Below are positions 29,356-38,010 of a DNA stretch of 64,000 nucleotides, piece by piece. A program made the translations under genes and the position numbers. This stretch comes from Bdellovibrionales bacterium. Its GTDB lineage: Bacteria > Bdellovibrionota > Bdellovibrionia > Bdellovibrionales > UBA1609. The stretch is taken from the NCBI GenBank assembly GCA_965219095.1, contig CBDCMT010000001.1:1952001-2016000 (forward strand), read 5' to 3'. Every line of letters starts with the position of its first letter. Positions within the stretch are counted from its first letter, which is position 1. Below the pieces are notes generated by a model. That model saw only the letters and a program-made list of their open reading frames with translations. It was not told the origin of the DNA and did no database searches.

Positions 29356-31054
29356 CCTAAACTCGTGACTAAAAATGTACACTACAAAGCTATAATTTCC
29401 TATTTTCCATAAAAATCTCAGTTTTCATAGGGGAATTTTCGATTTTTAGATAAAATCACAAAAAATAACTTGCCTTGCATTTTCCTTTGTAGTGTAATAT
29501 ATTACACTACAAGAGGGAGAAATATGAGCTTTATCAGAAGAATAAAAAGAGGAAAGGTAACATATCTTGCAGAAGTAGAGAACAAAAGGGTCGATGGAAA
29601 AGTTATCCAAAAGCATATTCGGTACATCGGGAAGGAAGAGAATGGTGAAACTGTAATTTCAATGAGTTCATCTGATCTTGAAATAGAAAAGGTCAAGGTT
29701 TATGGTCCTTTGCTTGTTTTAGATAAAATAGCTAGGGAAATAGATTTGCAAAAATCTCTTGGCCAATACTCCAATGAAATATTAAGCATGGTCTATGCTC
29801 ACTGTTTAGATTACAAAAGCCTTAGAAAAATGCCAAAATGGTATGAGAGAACAGATTTAAACACTTTGCTAAATTTAGAGGATCTAACCGAAAGTCGTTT
29901 GCTTTCTGCTCTAGATTCTTTAGAGAGTGATCCAGAAAATTTACAGAAGAAAATATTTCAAGGTGTTCAGAAAAGGTACAATCTTGAGCTAAAAGGGTTG
30001 GTGTACGATGTTACCAATACATACCTTTATGGTAGCAAATGTCAGCTTGGAAAATTAGGAAAGAGTAAGGATGGGAAACGTGGAAATCCTTTGATTCAAA
30101 TTGGTTTGGTGACAACTCAAAAAGAAGGAATACCAGTGTTTCATAAAACTTTTAGTGGAAACATACACGATAGCAGGACTCTACTAAGTTTATCCGATGG
30201 ATTTGCAAACTATGGACTAAGTGGAGGAATGTTTGTTTACGACAGAGGCATTTTTTCAGAGAGAAACCTCAATGAAATCAATGATTTGGGCTGGAATACG
30301 CTTTGTGGGATTGCTCTCAGAAAAAAAGAGAAGGATTTGATTAGAAAAATGATAAGGCTAGACTCTATTGTTGATGTATCCCATCGCATCAGGTTATCAA
30401 GTGGTGCCTTGTATGCTCAGAGCATTAATCACAATGTTGGAAAAATCAAAGGACGTTTAGTTGTTTGTTACAATCAAAGGAGAGCTTTAGATATAAGAGA
30501 ATCTCGTTTGGACGAAATTGCAAACGCACAAATTCTTTTGTCTAAAAATAAAAATATAAAACCAGGTTTGGAAAAATACCTTACTCCAACAGGAAGATTA
30601 AGGAGAGATCGGTTGAATTTAGAATCTGAGTTTGATGGTTACTCTTGTATATTTTCTACAAAAAAGATCTCTACAAAAGATATTGTTAATTTGTACTATA
30701 AGAAAGAGATAATTGAAAAATCTTTTAGGACCTTAAAGGGAATAACAAATTTGAGACCAATTCGTCATTGGCTTTACAACAGAGTTCAATCACATGTCTT
30801 TATATGCTATTTATCTTGTCTGATACTTTCAATTCTAAAAATGAAGCTTGAAAAGATGCAGATGTCTCCAGAGGAAGCTCTTGAAGAACTCGGTAGCATG
30901 TATAATGTCTATCTTTATGACCGAAAAAATAAAACTAGACTTATCAAAACAGTAGCTTTGAATAAAGTTCAAGAAAAAATACTAAGATCTATTGGAAAAA
31001 GTCTTGTCAAAAAAACGTCCGTCTGTAGTGTACATTTTTGAGCACGAACTCAGG
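29356..31054 (+). mobile_element. IS1634-family element, apparently intact
   Basis: Imperfect 31-bp TIRs (cct...aaaaatgtacactaca); taaattg duplicated at 29349-29355 and 31055-31061. Confidence 0.9.
29524..31041 (+). CDS. IS1634-family transposase
   Basis: YDVTNTYLYG, G.SKDGK, FSGNIHD, YDRG, IEKSFR.LK....LRPIRHW..NRVQSHVFICYL; start MSFIR after SD gaggga. Confidence 0.9.
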   Translation: MSFIRRIKRGKVTYLAEVENKRVDGKVIQKHIRYIGKEENGETVISMSSSDLEIEKVKVYGPLLVLDKIAREIDLQKSLGQYSNEILSMVYAHCLDYKSLRKMPKWYERTDLNTLLNLEDLTESRLLSALDSLESDPENLQKKIFQGVQKRYNLELKGLVYDVTNTYLYGSKCQLGKLGKSKDGKRGNPLIQIGLVTTQKEGIPVFHKTFSGNIHDSRTLLSLSDGFANYGLSGGMFVYDRGIFSERNLNEINDLGWNTLCGIALRKKEKDLIRKMIRLDSIVDVSHRIRLSSGALYAQSINHNVGKIKGRLVVCYNQRRALDIRESRLDEIANAQILLSKNKNIKPGLEKYLTPTGRLRRDRLNLESEFDGYSCIFSTKKISTKDIVNLYYKKEIIEKSFRTLKGITNLRPIRHWLYNRVQSHVFICYLSCLILSILKMKLEKMQMSPEEALEELGSMYNVYLYDRKNKTRLIKTVALNKVQEKILRSIGKSLVKKTSVCSVHF

Positions 31055-31296
31055 TAAATTGATTCCCTTATTTGACAAGTTGATGTTGAAAAAACGTTCT
31101 GTTGTGGAAACAGTGATTGGAGTGTTAAAAGGAGAGTTTCATCTTGAGCATTCTCGCCATCGTAGCCCACAAAACTTTGTCATCAATCTTTTAGGTACTC
31201 TCATCTCTTACTTGCTTAAAACCTAAAAAACCCTCCATTCAACTTAAAACTCAAAACAGGAGCTTCTGAACAATATATAAAAGTCGAAACTCGGGT

Positions 31297-31973
31297 TTAT
31301 AGGGTTACGAGAAGGAACTACAGAAAATTGCGAGCTGACAAAAGATCTTTTAGAGAACCTTGTTTCTAGAGGTATGGATTCAGATAAGGGCTATCTTTTT
31401 GTTATTGATGGTTCTAAAGCTCTAAGGAAGGCTATCAAGGCAGTTTGGGGAAAAAAGTCTGTTGTTCAACGTTGCATTCGTCACAAAGAAAGAAATATCC
31501 TCAATTATTTGCCAAAAGAAAGACATCAAGAGTTTCGCATTCGTTGGAAAAGACTTCATGGTTCAGTAGATTATGAATCGGCTTTGAAAGAGCATGAGGA
31601 GTTAGTTTGTTGGTTGAAACAGATCAACCATTCAGCTTTAGAATCTCTTGAAGAAGCTTTAAGGAGACTTTGACTGTGATTCGTCTTAAATCCTTAAAAA
31701 AGACTTTACTGTCTACAAATCCTATAGAGTCCATGTTTTCCTACACAAGGTATAGAACAGGGAGAGTTAAGAACTGGAAGAGAGGAGCAGACCAAGTGAG
31801 TCGTTGGGCTGCTGTTACTCTCTTTGATGCTGAGAAAAGATTTAAACGAATCAGAGGCTTTATGTATTTAAAAAACTTTAAAGAAAACTTAGAAAAAATG
31901 GTTGCAAAACAAAGAAAGGTCGCTTAAACATGAAATCGTCCTCTAGAATTCCACCGAGAAATGGGATATCCTC
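31297..31973 (+). mobile_element. IS256-family 3' remnant (frameshifted transposase plus right end)
   Basis: (KHII)GLREGTTEN, VIDGSKAL, QRCIRHK.RN, STNPIES, RWAA; end agaattccaccgagaaatgggatatcctc. Confidence 0.85.
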
Positions 31974-32293
31974 AGTTGTAGTTTAGGAAATTTTAAAAAA
32001 GAAAAAATTTGCTTATTCGTATAAGACTGGTTATCCATATGAGATTGATGAGTTTGGAATTTTTTAAAAGGGTTCTAAAAAAATGACAGCTTGCACCATA
32101 AAATCAAAAGTTTTCCTAATGATAAAAAAATCTTTTTTAAGTGCCTGTAAAAATTGTATGTTTTTTATAAGAATATAAGAGGATTTCTCTCTTATAAAAA
32201 AAATACAAAAGCTACCTTAAAAGCTTGAGTTATGAGAAAGATTTTGTCATAATGCTCTGTAAAGGTTTGACGTCTAAAATAGGAGAGATTTTC

Positions 32294-32605
32294 ATGAAGC
32301 CTATGATGAATAAAAAAGTTGCTCTTTTAAGAAAAGGTTCTTCAAAGAAGACTTCGACAAGAACATCAAAGAAAGTCAAAGAACTTATGGAAAAAGTTCG
32401 TTTTGAAAGCAAATGGCATCAAATTTATAAACTTAAAGGCGAAGAAAAAGCTAAGGCCTATTCTATGGAAGGTGAGTATGGTCAAAAAAGTACTCTTGTT
32501 CATCCGACTTTAGGGTGGGGGTTTGTCTTAAAAAGAAAGGATAAGCGTATTGAAGTTCTTTTTCGATCGGGAATTAAAAGTTTGGTATGCAAACAGTCTT
32601 TTTAG
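32294..32605 (+). CDS. Hypothetical protein with small C-terminal SH3/Tudor-like domain
   Basis: SD aggaga before ATG 32294; HPTLGWGFV...IEVLF..G.KSLV. Confidence 0.6.
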   Translation: MKPMMNKKVALLRKGSSKKTSTRTSKKVKELMEKVRFESKWHQIYKLKGEEKAKAYSMEGEYGQKSTLVHPTLGWGFVLKRKDKRIEVLFRSGIKSLVCKQSF

Positions 32606-32641
32606 TAATATAGTATGGAATGGCAAAAGGCGATTTAGAAT

Positions 32642-32863
32642 ATGGCAAAAGGCGATTTAGCTCAATTTGAAGGCAAAGTTGTAGGTGTGTGTGGAGGGGG
32701 GCTTTATCAAGTTCAACTAGATGATAATGGCGTGGAGATATCGACAAAACTTTGTGGGCGGATGAGGCAGTTTAGCATTCGTGTTGTTGTAGGCGATAAA
32801 GTCACTGTAGGTGTATCTCCTTACGATCCTACAACAGGGCTTATTATTTATCGTCATAAATAA
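32642..32863 (+). CDS. infA: Translation initiation factor IF-1
   Basis: MAKGD..QFEGKV...Y.V.LD...GRMR...IRVVVGDKVTV.VSPYD.T.G.IIYR.K. Confidence 0.95.
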   Translation: MAKGDLAQFEGKVVGVCGGGLYQVQLDDNGVEISTKLCGRMRQFSIRVVVGDKVTVGVSPYDPTTGLIIYRHK

Positions 32864-32870
32864 ACTTTAT

Positions 32871-35192
32871 ATGAAAAATCATTTTACTCCCACTCTTATT
32901 GATTATCTTTTGTTAAAAACAAAAGATATATCTGAGGACTCCTTAAAATCTATTTTAGCATGTAAGAAAGAGAACTTATCAGCTATTTATCTAGCAAAGT
33001 ATGAGAGGGTAGGAGTCAAAGATCTATCAACTATTTATTTTGTTTATGATTTGATTGACTATCATTGTAAATTAGAGAAGAAAAAGGAAACTTTTTTAGA
33101 ACGAATCCAAAAAATCGATCATGATGATAAAGACTTAAAATGTAAGATTTCAGAAGCTGATAGTCTTTTTGAGTTAGAAAGCTATTTTGCCCCTTTTAAA
33201 AGACGTTCTAATGTGAAAGCCTCTAAAGCAAGAGGGGCTGGCTTATCTGTTTTTAGCGATGAAATCCTAAAATTAGGACTTTTTGAGAAAACAGAAGAAG
33301 ATCTGTCTTTAGAAGTAAGGGCTAAAGACTATCAGAATGTAGAAAAAGGTTTTACAACTTATGATGAGATTTTAAAAGGAGTTCAGTATATCCTTTCTTA
33401 TAAGGCCCTTTGCCATTCTCATCTTAGAAAAGAAATAAAAAGGATTATTTACAAGGGCTCCATTGAGTTAGAGAAGGGGGACGGGTTAAAGAATGCTAGT
33501 AAAAATAATAGACTTATAGGCTATAAGGAATTTTTAAAAAACCTAAATTCCCCTAAAAATGTTTACCGCTTTTTACAGATTATAAAAGCCCAGAAACAAA
33601 AAGAATTGAAAATTAGTTTGAAGTTTGATGAGCAAACAGCTATTTCAAGGGTGCGTAAATTTTTTGGCTATAAAGAGGTCTCTTCTGTGGCTACTTTTTT
33701 AAATTACTGTTCCAAAGTTACTCTTACGAATCATCTAGCACCTTCCCTTTTCAATGAGATTTTTGAAGAGTTTAAAGAAAGAGCAGAAAGAAAGGTTTTA
33801 GAGATCTTCTCATTCCAAGTAAAAAAACTTCTTTCTAGAAAAGGAACAGGGCCTTCACCTGTTTTAAGTGTTTGGACTTCGAACGATGGCTCCTTCTCTC
33901 TTATGGTCTTAGTAGGCTCTAAAGGAGAATTTATTTCTCATACAACTATTGATCTTTCTAAAAGAGAGGAGATAAAAAAATTGGTTATAGATTTGAACAA
34001 GAAACTTCCTCTCAAAGCCCTAGTTATGAATCGTAGTTATAGACCTCAGTATAATATTTTTAAAGAGATGATAAGTTCGTTTGACTTTCCTTTAGTTATG
34101 CTCAACCCTCAAAATGCTTTAGCTTTTTTGAAGCTTCAAAAGGACAAAGAGAAGAGAGAAGGAAAAAATAAAGAAAAGAAAGAAAAAAATCAAAGTAAGT
34201 CAGTAAGTGATGAGGAAAAAAAATGTTTAAATTTAGCTCTATTTTTAGCACGAGAACTTCAGAATCCTTTTTTACAATTGTCTCAGCTATCTCCAGAAAC
34301 AAGCTTTGGGTTTCCTTTCAATGAACTTCCTGTTGAAAAAACTCGTAAAATCTTTCAGAGAAGATTTGAAGAAGCCTTAGCTAAAGAAGGCTTAGATCTT
34401 AATGAAGCCCCTGAAGTTCTCTTGAAAAAAGTTTGTGGCATTGATGAAGTACAAGCCCAAGAAATTGTTAAAAAGTGCCCTTTTGAAACTTTAAAGAAGC
34501 TTTCTGAAATCTTATCCGATAAAGATTTTAAACAGGCGGCATGTTTTTTAAGACTATCAAAATCTTCTCATATTTTAGATACTACCGATCTTCATCCTCG
34601 TCATTATGCAGTTGTATGGGATATGATTAAAAGTTTGAAATTAAAGTCAGATGATGTACTTAAACCCATTTTTAAGGAAAAAATAGAAGTTGAAAAACAA
34701 AAATGGATCAAAATTTTAGGAAAAAATGATTACTATCAGATTATAAACACCTTGCAAAAAACTCCTAAAGAAAAAAAATTCAAAGCCTTTTATTTCTCAG
34801 AAGACCTTAATGAATTCCAAGACTTAAAAGAGGATAAAGTGTACTGGGGGCAGATTCAGTCTGTTGCTCCTTTTGGTTTTTTTATTGATTTAGGTCTTGA
34901 TATCCATGGGTTTATGCCTTTGAAAGAAATTGTTAGTGATCAGATCAAAAGACCTTTGAGTTATTTGAGCCGGGGAGATTGGCTACAGGTGAGTCTGAGG
35001 AAAATGGATTTAGAAAAAAAACAATTCTCTCTAAAAAGAGCTTTTGTTTCCAAAAAAGCTTTACCTAAGACTTCTTACAAATCAAGTAAGAAGAAAAAGA
35101 AACCTAAATTTTCAGAAACGTCTTCAAGAAAACATAAGGAGGTTTTCAATAATCCCTTTGAACAACTTCAGAAGCTAAAAGGTAAATTATAG
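32871..35192 (+). CDS. Divergent Tex-like transcription accessory protein (HhH and S1 domains)
   Basis: LE.YFAPFK...KA.KAR.AGL, ARELQNP, GLDLNEA...L..V.GI, F.QAA.FL, LD.T.LHP, S1 (PFGFFIDLG), C-terminal FNNPF. Confidence 0.75.
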   Translation: MKNHFTPTLIDYLLLKTKDISEDSLKSILACKKENLSAIYLAKYERVGVKDLSTIYFVYDLIDYHCKLEKKKETFLERIQKIDHDDKDLKCKISEADSLFELESYFAPFKRRSNVKASKARGAGLSVFSDEILKLGLFEKTEEDLSLEVRAKDYQNVEKGFTTYDEILKGVQYILSYKALCHSHLRKEIKRIIYKGSIELEKGDGLKNASKNNRLIGYKEFLKNLNSPKNVYRFLQIIKAQKQKELKISLKFDEQTAISRVRKFFGYKEVSSVATFLNYCSKVTLTNHLAPSLFNEIFEEFKERAERKVLEIFSFQVKKLLSRKGTGPSPVLSVWTSNDGSFSLMVLVGSKGEFISHTTIDLSKREEIKKLVIDLNKKLPLKALVMNRSYRPQYNIFKEMISSFDFPLVMLNPQNALAFLKLQKDKEKREGKNKEKKEKNQSKSVSDEEKKCLNLALFLARELQNPFLQLSQLSPETSFGFPFNELPVEKTRKIFQRRFEEALAKEGLDLNEAPEVLLKKVCGIDEVQAQEIVKKCPFETLKKLSEILSDKDFKQAACFLRLSKSSHILDTTDLHPRHYAVVWDMIKSLKLKSDDVLKPIFKEKIEVEKQKWIKILGKNDYYQIINTLQKTPKEKKFKAFYFSEDLNEFQDLKEDKVYWGQIQSVAPFGFFIDLGLDIHGFMPLKEIVSDQIKRPLSYLSRGDWLQVSLRKMDLEKKQFSLKRAFVSKKALPKTSYKSSKKKKKPKFSETSSRKHKEVFNNPFEQLQKLKGKL

Positions 35193-35324
35193 GCCTAAGG
35201 TCTTGGAAAAAAGTTTGAAAGCTAGTTTTGAGAGTCTTGTTTTTTAGACTTAAGGACTTAAACATAGTGCGTTATCGTTTTTTTTTCTTGCAAGTCTTAG
35301 TTTTTCAACTCATTTTAATTTTAT

Positions 35325-37931
35325 ATGAAACTAGTTATTGTGGAGTCTCCTACAAAGGCGAAGACCATTAGTAAGTTTTTAGGAAAAGGCTATATGGTGA
35401 CCTCATGTATGGGTCATGTTCGAGATCTTCCTAGTTCAGCAAAAGACATTCCTGAAAAGTATAAAAAACAATCTTGGGCTCATTTAGGAGTGGATGTTAA
35501 CAATGAGTTTTCTCCTATATATTGTATTCCTAAAAATAAAACAAAAGTTATCAAAGAGTTAAAGCAGTCTTTGTCTAAAGCTGAGGAGTTGATTTTAGCA
35601 ACAGATGAAGATAGGGAAGGAGAGAGCATTAGTTGGCATTTGTTAGAAATCTTATCCCCTAAAGTTCCTGTTAAAAGGATGGTTTTTCATGAGATCACTA
35701 AAAATGCTATTCAAAAAGCTCTTAAAAACTTTCGTGGTGTGAATAACAATTTAGTTGAAGCTCAAGAGGCAAGACGTGTGATTGATCGGTTAGTGGGTTA
35801 CACCATCTCCCCTCTTTTGTGGAAAAAAATAAGTTATGGACTTTCAGCAGGACGAGTGCAATCAGTAGCTATGAAGTTGATTACAGAAAGAGAGTTTGAA
35901 AGAATTGTTTTTAAGAGAGTAAAGTACAGCGGTTTGTCAGCTACTTTTGAAAAAGACAAAAAAGAATTTCAAGGACATCTCATAAGTTATCAATCAAAGA
36001 AAATTGCTATAGGGAAAGATTTTGATTCTCATACAGGAAAGCTTTTAGAAAAGTCAAAAAACTATCTTTGGTTAAGTGAAAAAAAATCACAAGATATAGT
36101 CAAAGCTATTGAAGGTGAAAAAGCCTATGTGGAATCAGTAGAGAAAAAGCCTGTTTTTAAAAAACCTCCCAGCCCCTTTATTACTTCTACTTTGCAACAG
36201 GAAGCTAATAGAAAACTCAAATGGAGTGCTAAGGAGACTATGTCGGTAGCACAAAAACTTTATGAAAGAGGTCTTATAACTTATATGAGAACCGATTCGA
36301 CTTTTCTTTCAAAAGAATCTATTCAAGGAACTAGAGATCTTATTAAAAAACTTTATGGAAACCAGTATCTTCCCCAAAAACCAAGAGATCATACAAGAAA
36401 AAAATCTAAAGGAGCTCAAGAAGCTCATGAAGCTATACGTCCTGCAGGGAGTGAGTTTAAAATCCCTGATGCATCAGGGTTAAGAGGTTCAAGCTTAGAA
36501 CTTTACTCTCTTATTTTTAAAAGAACTCTTGCTTGTCAGATGAAAGAAGCTGAGCAGAAGCAGGTTTCTGTAAAAATTAAAAAAGGAGAATCTTTGTTTT
36601 CTGCAACAGGTCTTACAACAGAATTTGATGGGTTTTTAAGAGTTTATGATATGAAGACAGAGAGAGTGGTTTTACCTAAAATGAACTTTCAACAGGAGGT
36701 GGATACTAAAAAACTTGAAGCTACCTCTCATGAGACCAAGCCTCCGGCTCGATTCACAGAGGCCTCTCTTATTCAAAAGCTGGAAAAAGAAGGCGTAGGA
36801 AGACCCTCTACCTATGCTCCTATCATTTCTACCATTCAAGAAAGAGGTTATGTGAAAAAAGAAGGGAACATTCTTTTTCCTACTTTTACGGCCATTGCGG
36901 TAGCACGTTTTTTGAAACAATATTTGCCTGACTATGTGGATTTAAATTTTACTTCCAAGATGGAGGAGAGCTTAGACGAAATTGCAAAAGGTCATTTAAA
37001 CAGAACTCATTATTTATCAGGGGTTTATTTTGGTGAAAATGGCTTGAAGGAAAAAGTGGATTTTCAAGAAAAAAATATAGAGCCTGAAGAGGCACGAAAG
37101 ATTGAAATGGAAACGATTAAAGATATTTCTATTCGTATAGGTCGTTATGGGGCTTATATTTGTCGTCAAGAAAAGGAAGGAGAAGTTTGTGCTTCTTTAC
37201 CTGAAAATCTGTGTCCGGAGGAACTTACCATGGAATTAGCTCATAAGATTATTGATCAAAAACTTGCAGGAAATGATTCTTTAGGTCAGGATCCTAAGAC
37301 AGGCGATCCTATTTTCGCTCTTTCAGGACGTTTTGGACCTTATGTTCAAAGAGGAGACAGCAGTGATTCTAAGAATCCAGTCAAAAGGGTGTCTCTTCCT
37401 CCTCAATGGCAACTTGAGGATGTGGATCTTAAAAAAGCTCTCTGGCTTATAGATTTACCTAAAGTTTTAGGTATATGTCCTAAGACAAAAAAGGAGATCA
37501 AATTAGGAATAGGTCGGTTTGGCCCCTTTGTAGTCTGCAATAGCGACTTTCGCTCCATCCCTAAAGTAAAAGATATTATGAGTGTTGATTTGAACTGGGC
37601 TTTAGAGACTTTCAGTAAAGAAAAAATAGGACGTCGATCTAAAAAAATTATACAAGAATTAGGCTTTCATCCTAGGACTGAAGAGAAAGTTCAAGTAATG
37701 ACAGGTCGCTATGGGGATTACCTTCGCTGTGGAAAAGTCAACGTGTCTTTACCTGAAGATCAAAATCCTAAGACCATAAGTCTTCATGAGGCTTTGAAAC
37801 TTTTAGGGGAGAAGCTTGTTGTTAAAAAGAAACCTAGGAGTGCTAGAAAAAAACTAAGTCCTTCTGAAAAAAAACCAAAGGTCAAAAAAAATAAAACATC
37901 TGTAAAAGTTATTAGAAGAAAAAGAAAGTGA
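35325..37931 (+). CDS. topA: DNA topoisomerase I with C-terminal Topo_C repeats and a basic tail
   Basis: LVIVESPTKAKTI, ATDEDREGE, SAGRVQS, LITYMRTDS, GRFGPY repeats. Confidence 0.97.
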   Translation: MKLVIVESPTKAKTISKFLGKGYMVTSCMGHVRDLPSSAKDIPEKYKKQSWAHLGVDVNNEFSPIYCIPKNKTKVIKELKQSLSKAEELILATDEDREGESISWHLLEILSPKVPVKRMVFHEITKNAIQKALKNFRGVNNNLVEAQEARRVIDRLVGYTISPLLWKKISYGLSAGRVQSVAMKLITEREFERIVFKRVKYSGLSATFEKDKKEFQGHLISYQSKKIAIGKDFDSHTGKLLEKSKNYLWLSEKKSQDIVKAIEGEKAYVESVEKKPVFKKPPSPFITSTLQQEANRKLKWSAKETMSVAQKLYERGLITYMRTDSTFLSKESIQGTRDLIKKLYGNQYLPQKPRDHTRKKSKGAQEAHEAIRPAGSEFKIPDASGLRGSSLELYSLIFKRTLACQMKEAEQKQVSVKIKKGESLFSATGLTTEFDGFLRVYDMKTERVVLPKMNFQQEVDTKKLEATSHETKPPARFTEASLIQKLEKEGVGRPSTYAPIISTIQERGYVKKEGNILFPTFTAIAVARFLKQYLPDYVDLNFTSKMEESLDEIAKGHLNRTHYLSGVYFGENGLKEKVDFQEKNIEPEEARKIEMETIKDISIRIGRYGAYICRQEKEGEVCASLPENLCPEELTMELAHKIIDQKLAGNDSLGQDPKTGDPIFALSGRFGPYVQRGDSSDSKNPVKRVSLPPQWQLEDVDLKKALWLIDLPKVLGICPKTKKEIKLGIGRFGPFVVCNSDFRSIPKVKDIMSVDLNWALETFSKEKIGRRSKKIIQELGFHPRTEEKVQVMTGRYGDYLRCGKVNVSLPEDQNPKTISLHEALKLLGEKLVVKKKPRSARKKLSPSEKKPKVKKNKTSVKVIRRKRK

Positions 37932-38010
37932 TTTATTTTGATCTGAGGCACTTTCGACTAGTTTCCTGAAGAAAGGTGATTTTTTACCTATCTTCTGTTA
38001 TTATTAAAAC

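Larger units (their letters stand above)
27129..31296 (+). mobile_element. IS982-family element split by two nested insertions
   Basis: TIRs acccgagtttcgactttt / aaaagtcgaaactcgggt with ttata on both flanks. Transposase pieces lie at 27270-27617, 29009-29355 and 31062-31226 (SYSRFV, FIDST, WFFGFKLH, GDRGYIS, KRSVVETV...EHSRHRS). Confidence 0.9.

Noticed and set aside
32811..32870. GTG start for the Tex-like gene
   Set aside because: It overlaps infA; ATG 32871 is more plausible.
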